The translations under genes and the position numbers were made by a program. DNA of 64,000 bases from Peptococcaceae bacterium (GTDB taxonomy: Bacteria > Bacillota > Peptococcia > Peptococcales > Peptococcaceae). The DNA lies in assembly GCA_036303105.1 (NCBI GenBank), contig JAXJBF010000135.1:192-64191 (forward strand). Reading direction: 5' to 3'. The notes under the pieces were generated by a model that saw nothing but the letters and a program-made list of their open reading frames with translations, had not been told where the DNA came from and did not search any database. Positions 45,638-56,412 of the stretch are shown one piece after another; the stretch's first letter is position 1, and every line of letters starts with the position of its first letter.

Positions 45638-47515
45638 TTATTCGCCAATGGCGTTGCCGGTGTAGAGCTGGTAGTAGCGTCCTTTTTCGGCAAGGAGTTC
45701 GTCGTGGGTGCCGCGTTCGATGATGCGGCCTTGCTCGAGAACCATGATGCAATCGGCATTTTTAACGGTGGACAGTCGGTGGGCGATGACGAAGGTGGTG
45801 CGTCCCTTCATGAGGGCATCCATGCCTTGCTGCACCAAGCTTTCAGTGCGGGTGTCGATGGACGAGGTGGCCTCGTCGAGAATGAGCACCGGTGGGTCGG
45901 CAACGGCCGCACGCGCAATCGCCAACAGCTGGCGCTGCCCTTGGCTGAGGCTGTCGCCATCCCCAGTAAGCATGGTGTCGTAGCCATCCGGCAAGCGGCG
46001 AATGAAGCCATCGGCATTGGCGAGCTTGGCCGCTGCAATGCACGCGTCATCGCTGGCATCCAGCCGCCCGTAGCGAATGTTTTCCATAACGGTGCCTGTG
46101 AACAGGTGCGTATCCTGGAGCACAATGCCCAGGCTGCGGCGCAGGTCGGCCTTGCAAATCTTGTTAATATTGATGCCGTCATAGCGGATCTTGCCGTCGC
46201 TGGTGTCATAAAAACGGTTGATGAGGTTCGTGATCGTGGTCTTACCAGCACCTGTGCTGCCAACAAAAGCGATCTTCTGTCCTGGCGTGGCATAGAGCTT
46301 GATGTTGTGGAGGATGGTTTTTTCTGGCACATAGCCGAAGTCCACATCGTCAAAGACAATGTCGCCTTCCAGCTTAACCAGTTGGAAACCGCCGTCCTGC
46401 TGCGGCACTTTCCAGGCCCAAATACCTGTGGCAGCAGCGGTTTCGCACAAGTTGCCCGATGGGTCTTCGCTGACATTGACAAGGGTGACATTGCCTTCGT
46501 CCACTTCCGGCGCTTCATCAAGCAGCGCAAAAATACGCTGAGCGCCAGCCATGGCCATGGCGATGGCATTTAGCTGCTGGCTGATGTGAGCCACTGGCAT
46601 GGAAGCGTTTTTGTTCAGCGTCAGGAAGGACACCAAGGTGCCCAGTGTCAGGCCGGCATAGCCGCCAAGGGCAAAGACCGCACCAACCACAGCACAGAGC
46701 ACGTAGCTGATGTTCCCAATGTTAGCGTTGACTGGCATGGCAATGTTGGCAAAGGTGTTGGCCTTATCGGCACTCGTGCGCAAAACATCGTTAAGGCGGC
46801 TGAAGTCCTCCTTTGCCGCTTCTTCATGGCAGAAAACCTTGACGACTTTCTGCCCATCCATCATTTCTTCGATGAAGCCATTGACGATACCAAGGTCACG
46901 CTGCTGCTCCGCAAAATACGCAGCCGATTTGGCAGCAATGCGTGTGGTCACAAAAAGCATGATGACGATCATGGCAATCGTCAAAATGGTCAGCGGGATG
47001 TCGAGGATGAACATGCTGACAAAGGTGCAGACAATGGTGATGGTTGAGTTGATCAGCTGCGGAATGCTCTGGCTGATGCACTGACGCAGCGTGTCGACGT
47101 CGTTGGTATAAACGGACATGATGTCGCCGTGGGCATGAGTGTCAAAATAACGGATCGGCAGCGACTCCATGTGTTTGAACAATTCAATGCGCAGACGGCG
47201 CAGTGTGCCTTGGCTGACAGAAACCATGATGCGGTTGTAGCCATAGGCACAAAGCACACCCAGGGCATAGGTCGCAGCCAACGAACAAAGAGCACCGGCA
47301 AGCGCCGAAAAATCTGGTGATTGAGACTGGGTCAACGGCACAATGTAATCGTCGATGAGCGACTGCATGAACAGGGTTCCGCGCAAGGTCGCCAACACGG
47401 TACCAATGATGCAGAGCACAACAAGCGTAAACGCAATTTTATAATTATGCAGCACATACGCCAGCACGCGCTTCATGGCCGTAAGCTGCTGACGTGTGGT
47501 CATTGTTTTTTTCAT
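45638..47515 (-). CDS. ABC exporter, fused permease/ATPase subunit
   Basis: Six-TM domain plus GSTGAGKTT, LSQGQRQ, ILDEATS. Confidence 0.9.
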   Translation of the reverse strand: MKKTMTTRQQLTAMKRVLAYVLHNYKIAFTLVVLCIIGTVLATLRGTLFMQSLIDDYIVPLTQSQSPDFSALAGALCSLAATYALGVLCAYGYNRIMVSVSQGTLRRLRIELFKHMESLPIRYFDTHAHGDIMSVYTNDVDTLRQCISQSIPQLINSTITIVCTFVSMFILDIPLTILTIAMIVIMLFVTTRIAAKSAAYFAEQQRDLGIVNGFIEEMMDGQKVVKVFCHEEAAKEDFSRLNDVLRTSADKANTFANIAMPVNANIGNISYVLCAVVGAVFALGGYAGLTLGTLVSFLTLNKNASMPVAHISQQLNAIAMAMAGAQRIFALLDEAPEVDEGNVTLVNVSEDPSGNLCETAAATGIWAWKVPQQDGGFQLVKLEGDIVFDDVDFGYVPEKTILHNIKLYATPGQKIAFVGSTGAGKTTITNLINRFYDTSDGKIRYDGININKICKADLRRSLGIVLQDTHLFTGTVMENIRYGRLDASDDACIAAAKLANADGFIRRLPDGYDTMLTGDGDSLSQGQRQLLAIARAAVADPPVLILDEATSSIDTRTESLVQQGMDALMKGRTTFVIAHRLSTVKNADCIMVLEQGRIIERGTHDELLAEKGRYYQLYTGNAIGE

Positions 47516-47529
47516 GACAGCGCCTCCCT

Positions 47530-49275
47530 TCACATCAACGCTTCGTCGAAATCGCCGCCGCCCTGTGTTTGGGCAATGAAGATTTCGCGGTAAATGGCAT
47601 TGTTTTCCACCAACGCGTCGTGGGTGTCGAAACCGCTCACGCGGCCATCGTCAAGAACGAGGATGCGGTCGGCATCCTGCACGCTGGAGATGCGCTGAGC
47701 CACGATGAGTTTTGTCGTACCAGGAATTTCTTCTGCAAAGGCACGGCGGATGCTGGCATCGGTGGCGGTATCGACAGCGCTCGTTGAGTCATCGAGGATG
47801 AGCACCTTTGGCTTCTTCAACAAGGCACGCGCAATGCACAGGCGCTGTTTCTGACCACCAGAGAGGTTGCTGCCGCCCTGTTCGATCCAGGTGTTGTAGC
47901 CATCCGGGAAGCGCGCTATGAACTCGTCGGCGCAAGCCGCGCGGCAGGCTGCGGCACATTCTTCTTCGCTGGCATCTGGATTGCCCCAGCGCAGGTTGTC
48001 AAGAATGGTGCCTGAGAAAAGGGTGTTCTTCTGCAGCACCACCGACACCTGTTCGCGCAGCGCTTCCATATCGTACTGGCGCACATCCACGCCGCCAACA
48101 CGCACACTGCCAGCATCCACGTCGTAGAGACGGCTCACCAGACTGACCAAGGTTGACTTGCCGCAGCCAGTGCCGCCGATGATGCCAATGGTTTCACCTG
48201 CGCGAATATGCACATCAATGTCATGCAACACCAATTCTCCGCTGCCATGACGATAGGCAAAATCCACATGATCGAAATCGATGCTGCCATCGCTGACGGT
48301 CATCAGCGGTTTGTCAGGATTGGTCAAATAAGGCGTCTCTTCCAAAACTTCGGCAATACGCCGGCCGCTGGCCGCACTCATCGTAATCATAACGAAGACC
48401 ATCGAGAGCATCATCAAACTCATGAGCACACTCATGACATAACTAAACAGCGACGTCAGGTTCCCAGTGGTGAGATTGCCCGCCACGATAAAATGCGCGC
48501 CAAACCAGGAAAGCGCCAAAATGCAGCCATACACGACAAACATCATCACAGGATTGTTCAGCGCCAAGAGCCCTTCCGCCTTGACAAAGAGACGATAGAG
48601 ACGGGTGGCCGCTTTTTCAAACTTCTCATTTTCGCGTTCTTCGCGCACGAAAGCCTTGACGACACGAATGGCCGATACATTCTCCTGCACACTGGCGTTC
48701 AAATCGTCGTACTTGCGAAACACTTCCGTGAAGATCTTGGTGGTACGCATCATAATAAAAATCAGCGCTGCCGCCAAAATCACAATGGCGACAAAAAAGA
48801 TGCTGCTCAGCTGTGGACTGATGACAAAACACATCACCAAGCTGCAAATCAGCATCAGCGGCGAACGCACCGCAATGCGCAGCACCATCTGGTAGGCATT
48901 TTGCACATTGGTGACATCGGTGGTCATACGGGTAACCAGACCAGCGGTGCTGTACTTATCAATGTTGGCAAAGGAAAACGTTTGGATATTGGCATACATG
49001 CCTTCACGCAGGTTGCAGGCAAAGCCCGAGGAGGCCTTTGCCGAAAAACGACCGGCGAGCACACCAAAAGCCAGCGAAAAAAAGGCCATCACAAGCATGA
49101 GTCCGCCATAGCGGTAAACTTCGTTGATATTGCCAGCTTCAATGCCTTTGTCGATGAGCTCGGCAATAATGAACGGGATCAGGATTTCCATGATCACTTC
49201 CAACGCCGTGAACACCGGCGACAACAGCGAAGCTGTGCGATATTCTTTGAGCTGAGAAAACAGCGTTCGTATCAT
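47530..49275 (-). CDS. ABC exporter, fused permease/ATPase subunit
   Basis: GGTGCGKST, LSGGQKQR, ILDDSTS. Heterodimer partner of the downstream gene. Confidence 0.9.
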   Translation of the reverse strand: MIRTLFSQLKEYRTASLLSPVFTALEVIMEILIPFIIAELIDKGIEAGNINEVYRYGGLMLVMAFFSLAFGVLAGRFSAKASSGFACNLREGMYANIQTFSFANIDKYSTAGLVTRMTTDVTNVQNAYQMVLRIAVRSPLMLICSLVMCFVISPQLSSIFFVAIVILAAALIFIMMRTTKIFTEVFRKYDDLNASVQENVSAIRVVKAFVREERENEKFEKAATRLYRLFVKAEGLLALNNPVMMFVVYGCILALSWFGAHFIVAGNLTTGNLTSLFSYVMSVLMSLMMLSMVFVMITMSAASGRRIAEVLEETPYLTNPDKPLMTVSDGSIDFDHVDFAYRHGSGELVLHDIDVHIRAGETIGIIGGTGCGKSTLVSLVSRLYDVDAGSVRVGGVDVRQYDMEALREQVSVVLQKNTLFSGTILDNLRWGNPDASEEECAAACRAACADEFIARFPDGYNTWIEQGGSNLSGGQKQRLCIARALLKKPKVLILDDSTSAVDTATDASIRRAFAEEIPGTTKLIVAQRISSVQDADRILVLDDGRVSGFDTHDALVENNAIYREIFIAQTQGGGDFDEALM

Positions 49276-49401
49276 AAGTAAAGCTCCTTTCACATCAAAT
49301 GAGGACTATCGTTTATATTATACGCGTCCCTTTCTTGATTGGGAATTTAGAATATGCTACTATTGGTAAATAAATCTTTCTAATCAGGAGGGAGCCTGCC
49401 C

Positions 49402-50274
49402 ATGAACACCTATCAATTGCGCTGCTTTCTCGCAGTGGCCGAATACCTCAACTTCACCAAAGCTGCTGAACACCTTCACGTCACCCACCCAGCCGTGAGC
49501 CAGCAAATCCGCAATCTTGAAAAAGAACTGGACACCACCCTCTTTGAACGCAGCACGCGCTCTGTCAAACTCACGGCTGCCGGTCACATCTTTCTCGGTG
49601 ACGCCCGCCAAATGCTGGAAATCGCCGGCCGCGCCAAGCGCCGCTTCAGCGATCCCCGCCATGACACCATCGAAGACCTCTCCCTCGGCACCAACAACTA
49701 CCCCACCCTGTTCCGCCTCACCGATACCCTCGCCACTCTGCGCCGTGAACACCCCATGCTGCACCCACGGCTCCATGTCATCCCCTTCCAGCACATCTTT
49801 CGCCGCCTCGACGACGGCGACCTCGACGCCATCATTGCCTTCCGCGAAACAGCCCGCAACCACGCCACCTACAAGGAACTGACCAAGGCGCCGCTGGTCT
49901 GCCTCTGCACCAGCGAGCATCCGCTGGCCACCGCCGCCAGCGTCACCCTTTCCCAGCTTAGCGACATGCCGCTGGTCTCGATCACACCGCCCCACGCCTC
50001 CATGGCCATCCTCTCCATTCAGAGAAATCTCATGGGTGAACGCCCATCGTCTGATTTCTATTTCTGCGATTCGGTCGAAGCCACCACCACCCTCGTCAGC
50101 GCCGGCTACGGCATCGCTGTGCTGCCAGAACTGCTGGCACCCAACCATGCCCCGCTGGTGAAAGTGCCCATCAGCGACACGGAGCCCATCTCCTTCGGCA
50201 TCTACTACCGCAGCCTCGCCGAAAAACCCCTGCTCGCCGCCTTTATCCAGGAACTGAGCCGCTCCTTCCAGTAA
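49402..50274 (+). CDS. LysR-family transcriptional regulator
   Basis: MNTYQLRCFLAVAEYLNFTKAAEHLHVTHPAVSQQIRNLE. Confidence 0.85.
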   Translation: MNTYQLRCFLAVAEYLNFTKAAEHLHVTHPAVSQQIRNLEKELDTTLFERSTRSVKLTAAGHIFLGDARQMLEIAGRAKRRFSDPRHDTIEDLSLGTNNYPTLFRLTDTLATLRREHPMLHPRLHVIPFQHIFRRLDDGDLDAIIAFRETARNHATYKELTKAPLVCLCTSEHPLATAASVTLSQLSDMPLVSITPPHASMAILSIQRNLMGERPSSDFYFCDSVEATTTLVSAGYGIAVLPELLAPNHAPLVKVPISDTEPISFGIYYRSLAEKPLLAAFIQELSRSFQ

Positions 50275-50374
50275 AAAAGCCGCCTGCATAGACATGACAG
50301 CATGTCCATGCAGGCGGCTTTTGTCGTGACGCAAAAAACCTCGCCAGCCACAGCCAGCGAGGTTACAGGTTTTA

Positions 50375-50758
50375 TTATTTTCCGCCAAAAAGGGATTTCA
50401 ACTTTGCGCCAAAGCCCTTCTTCTGAATGCCCAACAATTTGTTGATTTCATCACGATAAATGCTTGGATCCAGTGCGCCTGGAAGCGCTTCCTGGAATTC
50501 TCCATTGTTAATGATGCAAGTCTGTGGCACCCCAACCAGGTTCCAGCTCTTAAAGAGCGCGCGTGCATCTGGATCGTGAATTTCCATATTATAAAAATGC
50601 ATTTCTGGATGATCGGAATATTCATCGGCGATCTTTTCCATATTTGGCATCAGACGACCACAAACAGAGCATTTCTGCTTCGTAAAAATCAAGAAACATT
50701 TTTCCTGATCGGCGACGATGTCGTTGTATTGTTGAATGGTGATCATTGGAATTTCCAT
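50375..50758 (-). CDS. Thioredoxin-fold protein (CSVC motif)
   Basis: LIFTKQKCSVCGRLMP..VGVPQTCII. Confidence 0.7.
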   Translation of the reverse strand: MEIPMITIQQYNDIVADQEKCFLIFTKQKCSVCGRLMPNMEKIADEYSDHPEMHFYNMEIHDPDARALFKSWNLVGVPQTCIINNGEFQEALPGALDPSIYRDEINKLLGIQKKGFGAKLKSLFGGK

Positions 50759-50921
50759 GGGTCAGCCTACCTCCTATAGTCGTTTCTCGCTAATCTCCCT
50801 GTGTACTATCTTAACATTATCCATTCGCGTTGACAAGAATACTCGTATGAAAATTACGGGGCATTTTTCATGATATTTTATCATCATTATAGCTTTACAG
50901 TAAAATTACTGCCACCACACG

Positions 50922-51878
50922 CTAATCGGTCAAAAAACCTTCGCGGCGCAGCAACTGTTCCAGGTCGTCATACGTATTCAAGAGGCAGGCGTCACGGCGC
51001 AGCGCTGCCGCGTGAGGCAACCCTTTGACATACCAGCCAATTTGCTTGCGCATTTCCTGCATGGCAATGCGCTCACCTTTGTAGCGGCAGGCGAGGGCTG
51101 CATGATCGAGCATCACCTGTGCCCGTTCTGCCAGGCTTGGTTCCGGCGGCAGCGGCTGCCCCTGCCAAGCGGCGCGCAGCTCAGCGAAAAGCCAGGGCCG
51201 TCCCAAGGCGCCGCGTCCCACCATCACACCGGCAGCGCCGGTGGTCTCAAGAATGGCACGTGCGCTGGCAGCATCGACGACGTCGCCGTTGGCAAGCACC
51301 GGAATATCCACCGCCTGCACCACTTCGGCAATGGCCTGCCAATCGGCTTCGCCGCTGTAGTACTGACTGCGGGTGCGGCCATGCACCGCCAGGAAATCGC
51401 AGCCGGCCGCTTCCAGCCCGCGCGCAAAATCGGCAAGGTGGGGGTCACGTTCTTCCCAGCCAATGCGAATCTTCGCCGACAGCGGCACATCCACCGCATC
51501 ACGCATGGCGCGAATGATCGCAAAGGCCACCTCCGGCGTGCGCAAAAGGCCCGAGCCTTCGCCATGGTTGGCCACTTTTGGCACCGGACATCCCATGTTC
51601 ACATCGAGCATCTTGGCGCCATGGGCCACTGCCAGCCGTGCGCCCTCGGCCATGATCTCCGGCTCGCTGCCAAAAAGCTGCACCGCAATGGGCGCCTCTT
51701 CGTCGATGAGATCGAAAAGCTCGTAGCTTTTTTTATTCTTATAATGCAGCGCTTTGGCACTGACCATTTCGGTCACTTCCAAACCAACGCCATAACGGCG
51801 GCAGATGAGACGCATGGCCTTGTCGGTCACGCCTGCCATCGGCGCCAACACAAAGGGGTTTTCGCTAAAATCGATCAT
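50922..51878 (-). CDS. dusB: tRNA-dihydrouridine synthase
   Basis: VLAPMAGVTDKAMR..DVNMGCP..VHGRTR. Confidence 0.85.
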   Translation of the reverse strand: MIDFSENPFVLAPMAGVTDKAMRLICRRYGVGLEVTEMVSAKALHYKNKKSYELFDLIDEEAPIAVQLFGSEPEIMAEGARLAVAHGAKMLDVNMGCPVPKVANHGEGSGLLRTPEVAFAIIRAMRDAVDVPLSAKIRIGWEERDPHLADFARGLEAAGCDFLAVHGRTRSQYYSGEADWQAIAEVVQAVDIPVLANGDVVDAASARAILETTGAAGVMVGRGALGRPWLFAELRAAWQGQPLPPEPSLAERAQVMLDHAALACRYKGERIAMQEMRKQIGWYVKGLPHAAALRRDACLLNTYDDLEQLLRREGFLTD

Positions 51879-51899
51879 GCACGCCTTCCTTTCCATGGC

Positions 51900-52724
51900 T
51901 TAGTGCTTCGTTGAATCGGCAGTGTTCTGTGAGCCAGAAGAGAACCAGCCCCAGAGTGCAATGAGAATCATCACGCCAAAGAAGATGACGTGCCAGAGGG
52001 TGCTTTCTGGAAATTCAGCTGGCAGAATGCCGATGCGTTCATGGGCCAGCGTCACAATAACAAGCTTGATCCCTACCCAGGTCACGAGCAGGAAAGCGGC
52101 TTTTTCAAGTTTAGGGCGCTTATCGAGCAGTTTCACAAAAATCGTCGCCGCAAAACGCATCAGCACCACACCGCAAAGGCCGCCGCAAAGCACGAGAATG
52201 AATTCGCCGGCATCCATACCGCCGATGTGGCCCCAGCCGGTTGGTGGCAGAGAAATGGCAATCGCCACCGCTGCCAAAATCGAATCCACCGCAAAGGCGA
52301 TGTCGGTGAACTCTACTTTAACGACCGTTTTCCAGAAATCCTTCTTGCTGTGCAGATAGGTCTGCGGTTCGCCCTTCGGCATGTTTTCCATGGCCTCATC
52401 GCCGTCTTTTTGTTTCTTATTGTATTCGTAAAGATTGTGCAGCCCCACATAAATCAGATACGCCGCACCCAACGCCTGCGCCTGCCACACATTCGCCAGA
52501 AAAGATACAAAGAACAGTGCCGTGAAACGCAGAATCACCGCACCAATCAGCCCATAAAACAGCGCTTTCTGACGCAGATTTGGCGCCAGCGGCCGCACCA
52601 TCACCGCCAGCACCAGGGCATTGTCAGCAGAGAGCAGCCCTTCCATGGCAACGAGGACAAAGAAAATAAAAATATACTGAATCCATAGACCCCCGTCCAT
52701 CGCGCCCGTTAGTAGTACATCCAT
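51900..52724 (-). CDS. TerC-family membrane protein
   Basis: EGLLSADNALVLAVMV..FAVDSILAAVA. Confidence 0.85.
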   Translation of the reverse strand: MDVLLTGAMDGGLWIQYIFIFFVLVAMEGLLSADNALVLAVMVRPLAPNLRQKALFYGLIGAVILRFTALFFVSFLANVWQAQALGAAYLIYVGLHNLYEYNKKQKDGDEAMENMPKGEPQTYLHSKKDFWKTVVKVEFTDIAFAVDSILAAVAIAISLPPTGWGHIGGMDAGEFILVLCGGLCGVVLMRFAATIFVKLLDKRPKLEKAAFLLVTWVGIKLVIVTLAHERIGILPAEFPESTLWHVIFFGVMILIALWGWFSSGSQNTADSTKH

Positions 52725-52764
52725 TCAATAACTCCCTTTCTACCTGTCTCATTGTTCATGCAGT

Positions 52765-52793
52765 ATTGTATGTTCACCGCCTGCCAGCGTCAA
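52765..52793 (-). promoter_or_regulatory. Candidate promoter for the downstream TerC copy
   Basis: Minus strand reads TTGACG-17 nt-TACAAT. Confidence 0.35.
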
Positions 52794-52863
52794 GCATAAA
52801 CGCCAGCGGCCTTGCCCGGCATGCCTTCAAAAGAAGGACGCCTGGCAAGGCACGCGGAGTATT

Positions 52864-53718
52864 TTATTTGTCGTTGTCGGCATGACCGGCATCGTCTGTC
52901 GCAGCTTCTTTTGGCTTGGAAGAGAACCAGCCCCACAGCGCAATGAGAATCATCACGCCGTAGAAAATGACATGCCAGAGAGTGCTTTCTGGGAAGCTGT
53001 GAGGCAGGATGCCCAGCCCGTCGTGCGCAAGGGTCACCACAACAAGCTTGATCCCTACCCAGGTCACCAAGAGAAACGCTGCCACTTCCAGCGTTGGGCG
53101 CTTATCGAGCAGCTTCACAAAAATCGTCGCTGCAAAACGCATCAGCACCACGCCGCAAAGACCGCCAAGCAGCACCACCAGGAACTGGCCGCTGTCCATG
53201 CCGCCAATGTGTCCCAGGCCTGTTGCCGGCAAAGAAATCGCCAGCGCCACCGCTGCAAGAATCGAATCCACAGCAAAGGCGATGTCGGTGATTTCCACCT
53301 TGGCAACCGTCTTCCAGAAATCTTTCTTGCTGACCATGTAGTTGCGTTCTTCGTCTTCCGGCAGTTTGTCTTTCGAGCTTTCATGGCCTTCTTTCTTGCT
53401 CTTATTGTACTTGTAAATGTTGTGCAGACCAACATAAATCAAATACGCCGCACCGATGGCCTGTGCCTGCCAGATGTTCACCAGGTAGGACACGAAGAAC
53501 AGCGCCACCAATCGCAGCACCACCGCCCCAACAAGGCCGTAGAACAGCGCTTTCTGACGCAGGTTTGGTGCCAATGGCCGCACCATCACCGCCAGCACCA
53601 GCGCGTTGTCGGCAGAAAGCAGCCCTTCCATCGCCACCAGCATCAAAAGGACAAAAAGGTATTGGATGACCATGCCGGCATCCAATGCGCCAAGGGCGCC
53701 AAAAAGTGTGAGTTCCAT
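52864..53718 (-). CDS. TerC-family membrane protein (tandem paralogue)
   Basis: Colinear with 51900..52724 and highly similar at DNA level. AAGGAGA RBS. Confidence 0.85.
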   Translation of the reverse strand: MELTLFGALGALDAGMVIQYLFVLLMLVAMEGLLSADNALVLAVMVRPLAPNLRQKALFYGLVGAVVLRLVALFFVSYLVNIWQAQAIGAAYLIYVGLHNIYKYNKSKKEGHESSKDKLPEDEERNYMVSKKDFWKTVAKVEITDIAFAVDSILAAVALAISLPATGLGHIGGMDSGQFLVVLLGGLCGVVLMRFAATIFVKLLDKRPTLEVAAFLLVTWVGIKLVVVTLAHDGLGILPHSFPESTLWHVIFYGVMILIALWGWFSSKPKEAATDDAGHADNDK

Positions 53719-53787
53719 GTGTATCTCCTTTTCTACTTTGATTTTTGCACAAAAAAGGCCTTTGCCTTTCTTGTACGACAACAAGGA

Positions 53788-53897
53788 AGACAAAGGTCTT
53801 GCAATCAAAGGTTATTCCTTTTATGACAGAACCGGTGATGGCTCACGCGATGACGATTCTGCCTCTGGCTGGATGGCCAGTGCTACTCCCCTTTGCA
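53788..53897 (-). promoter_or_regulatory. yybP-ykoY Mn2+ riboswitch
   Basis: Minus strand has 5' AAAGGGGAGUAGC .. and 3' ..UUGCAAGACCUUUG, matching the conserved ends of the class. Followed by AAAGGC/GCCUUU + U6. Confidence 0.8.
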
Positions 53898-53976
53898 TAT
53901 GAGGTTGATAGAAGTATAGCATTCGCCTGCACCGCTTGTCAATAACGATTTCCTTATAGCAGACTGCGGCGCACAC

Positions 53977-54891
53977 TTATTTTTCTTCAAAACGCAAGGT
54001 GGTTGTTTTAAGATTGTGGCCAGTGTAGCAATGCGGAAAAATCTCCCGCGCCTTGGCAAGATAATCCTTCGGATTGAGCATGGCAGGGCTGTAATGGGTG
54101 AACCACAGCTCTTTCACATCGGCCTCTGCGGCCAGCTGTGCCGCTTCACAAAAGACCATGTGTCCCTTGCTGGCAGCGTCCTGCTGCTTGTCGCTGTCGC
54201 CGTAGAGCCCTTCTGCCACAAAAAGATCGCTCTCGCGCACCAACTCTACCAGCGCTGGCGCTGGTCGGCAGTCGGTGGCGTAACTCAGGCGCAGCCCCCG
54301 GCGCGCAGGTCCCAGCACATCTTTCGGCTGAAACGTGCGGCCTTCATGCGTCACGCTTTCGCCATTCTGCAAATGGGACCACAACTGCACAGGAATGCCC
54401 GCCGCCTTGGCACGTTCCACATCGAAACGGCCGGCACGCGGTAAATAACAGCTGTACGCCAGGCAAGGCACGCGATGCTTCACCGGCTGCGTGGTCCATT
54501 CCAGCTCGCCGGTTTTAAAATGCGACACTTCCTTGAATGGCAGCTCGTGCAGCACCAGCTCAAATGGCAGCGGCCCGCAGATCACCGTCAGCCCGCGCAC
54601 AATGCGCTCCAGCCCCTTGCCGCCCCAAAGATGCAGCGGCTCCGTGCGGTGGTTGTTGGCGATGGTCATCAGCAGCCCCGGCAGCCCGCCAACATGGTCG
54701 CCGTGGTAATGGGTGAACAGAATGTGGTCAATATGACGGGCACTGAATCCCGACAAGTGCAGCGCCACCTGTGTGGCCTCGCCGCAGTCAATGAGCACAC
54801 AACTGCCCTCGTGACGCACCAAAAGCGCTGTCAGGAAGCGCTTTGGCAAAGGCATCATACCGCCGCAGCCCAACAGACAAACGTCAAGCAT
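53977..54891 (-). CDS. rnz: Ribonuclease Z (MBL fold)
   Basis: LLGCGG..FTHYHGDHVGGLPGLL. Confidence 0.85.
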   Translation of the reverse strand: MLDVCLLGCGGMMPLPKRFLTALLVRHEGSCVLIDCGEATQVALHLSGFSARHIDHILFTHYHGDHVGGLPGLLMTIANNHRTEPLHLWGGKGLERIVRGLTVICGPLPFELVLHELPFKEVSHFKTGELEWTTQPVKHRVPCLAYSCYLPRAGRFDVERAKAAGIPVQLWSHLQNGESVTHEGRTFQPKDVLGPARRGLRLSYATDCRPAPALVELVRESDLFVAEGLYGDSDKQQDAASKGHMVFCEAAQLAAEADVKELWFTHYSPAMLNPKDYLAKAREIFPHCYTGHNLKTTTLRFEEK

Positions 54892-55675
54892 GACGACGGC
54901 CTCCTTTATTGCGCAGCGCAATGAGGCGCAGCCCTTCCAGCGTCAGCATGGTATCAATGGTGTTCACATAGCGGCAGTTCGTGCAAATGGTTTCGCTATG
55001 ACCGCCAGTGGCAACAACAAACACATCCTCCGGCGTGCTGCCCATTTCGCGGGCAATGCGTGCAATCATACCATCCACCAAATCGGCATAGCCGAACACC
55101 AGCCCAGCTTGCATAGCATCCACCGTCGTGCGGCCAATAACATGATCCGGCGCCACCAGCTCCACCTTTGGCAATTTTGCCGCATGGCTGAACAGCGATT
55201 CCATAGAAATGCCGATGCCTGCATTGATAGCCCCGCCAAGGTATTCCTTGTCGGCGTTGATGGCACAAAACGTGGTCGCCGTGCCAAAGTCCACAATGAT
55301 CAACGGCGCACCATAGCGCTCAATGCCGCTGACTGCGTTGACAATACGGTCGGCACCCAATTCTTTCGGATTTTCGTAGCGAATCTTGAGGCCCGTTTTC
55401 ACGCCAGCCTCAACAAGCAATGGTGAAATGTGAAAATAATTTTCACAGGTGCGCACCAAGGTGCGCGTGAGGTCCGGCACAACCGACGAAAGAATGATCT
55501 GATCGATCGCCTCAAAGCCGAGCCCTTTTGTGGCAAAAAAGTTTGAACACAGCACCGCATACTCGTCGGCTGTGCGGCGGGCATCGGTAGCAAAACGCCA
55601 GCTGGCGAACAGGCGGTCCCCTTCATAGACCCCCATAACCACATTGGTGTTCCCAATATCAAAGGCTAATAGCAT
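54884..55675 (-). CDS. coaX: Type III pantothenate kinase
   Basis: MLLAFDIGNTNVV..VDFGTATTF. Confidence 0.9.
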   Translation of the reverse strand: MLLAFDIGNTNVVMGVYEGDRLFASWRFATDARRTADEYAVLCSNFFATKGLGFEAIDQIILSSVVPDLTRTLVRTCENYFHISPLLVEAGVKTGLKIRYENPKELGADRIVNAVSGIERYGAPLIIVDFGTATTFCAINADKEYLGGAINAGIGISMESLFSHAAKLPKVELVAPDHVIGRTTVDAMQAGLVFGYADLVDGMIARIAREMGSTPEDVFVVATGGHSETICTNCRYVNTIDTMLTLEGLRLIALRNKGGRRHA

Positions 55676-55697
55676 TGTGCCTTCCTCCATTTCTGAA

Positions 55698-56258
55698 TTA
55701 GTCGTTATGATAATCTGGCAGCGCGCGCTGAATGACACGTACCAGCGCCACGGTCAATACCGTCGCCAGAATAAGTTCTACAATAAACTGTGGCAGAATA
55801 GCGATCCAGATAGCCATTGGCACATAGCCCAGCAAAATGGCAAAGCCAATGAAGCCGATGGTGTTGGTCAGCGTGCCGCAGATACCGGCAAAGGCTGCTC
55901 CCAACAAATGATGACGGCCAAAAGCTTTGTACACCAGGCCACTGACCACGCCAATCAAGATACGTGGCAAAATGGCAACGATTGGATCTGGCGGAATGGA
56001 TGATGGCGTAATAAAGCTGTAAATGCCCATAATCAGCCCCGTAAAGGCGCCAACCACTGGCCCTTCCAGCACACCAGCAATGATAACCGGCACATGCATG
56101 ATCGTGGCATAGCCACTCAAGTTTGGCACCGGAATCAGCCCCAGGCCGGTGACACCCAGCACCACGCAAATGGCACCGAAGACCCCGCCCATGACAATCC
56201 GCCGTGTGGTTCGTCTCTGCATCGTTCGTTTGCTGCTCGTTGTGTTTCTTGCACTCAT
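55698..56258 (-). CDS. ECF transporter S-component (possibly pantothenate, by context)
   Basis: Small polytopic protein directly upstream of coaX. Confidence 0.65.
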   Translation of the reverse strand: MSARNTTSSKRTMQRRTTRRIVMGGVFGAICVVLGVTGLGLIPVPNLSGYATIMHVPVIIAGVLEGPVVGAFTGLIMGIYSFITPSSIPPDPIVAILPRILIGVVSGLVYKAFGRHHLLGAAFAGICGTLTNTIGFIGFAILLGYVPMAIWIAILPQFIVELILATVLTVALVRVIQRALPDYHND

Positions 56259-56412
56259 GTTGATTCCTCCTAGCTTGTTTTTGCCAGGACTGCGTTCTTC
56301 ACGCAGCCCATCCCGGGCCTCTTCAGCTCCAGGTGGCTTGTTCTGAGATAGAAACGCAATAAAAAAACAGGCTCTGTGCAGCGTCTCGCGACTGCCGCCA
56401 GATACCTGTTAT

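Noticed and set aside
49384-50388. 334-aa minus-strand ORF
   Set aside because: It is antisense to a well-supported LysR regulator with an HTH and a good RBS. Its sequence is low-complexity G/A/V-rich.
56259-56412. Riboswitch-like leader with hairpin + U7 upstream of the ECF-S/coaX operon
   Set aside because: It matches no class I recognise. The predicted -10 box places the transcription start inside the 5' arm of the hairpin, so the structure may not form. It is worth a cmscan but is not supportable as a feature.
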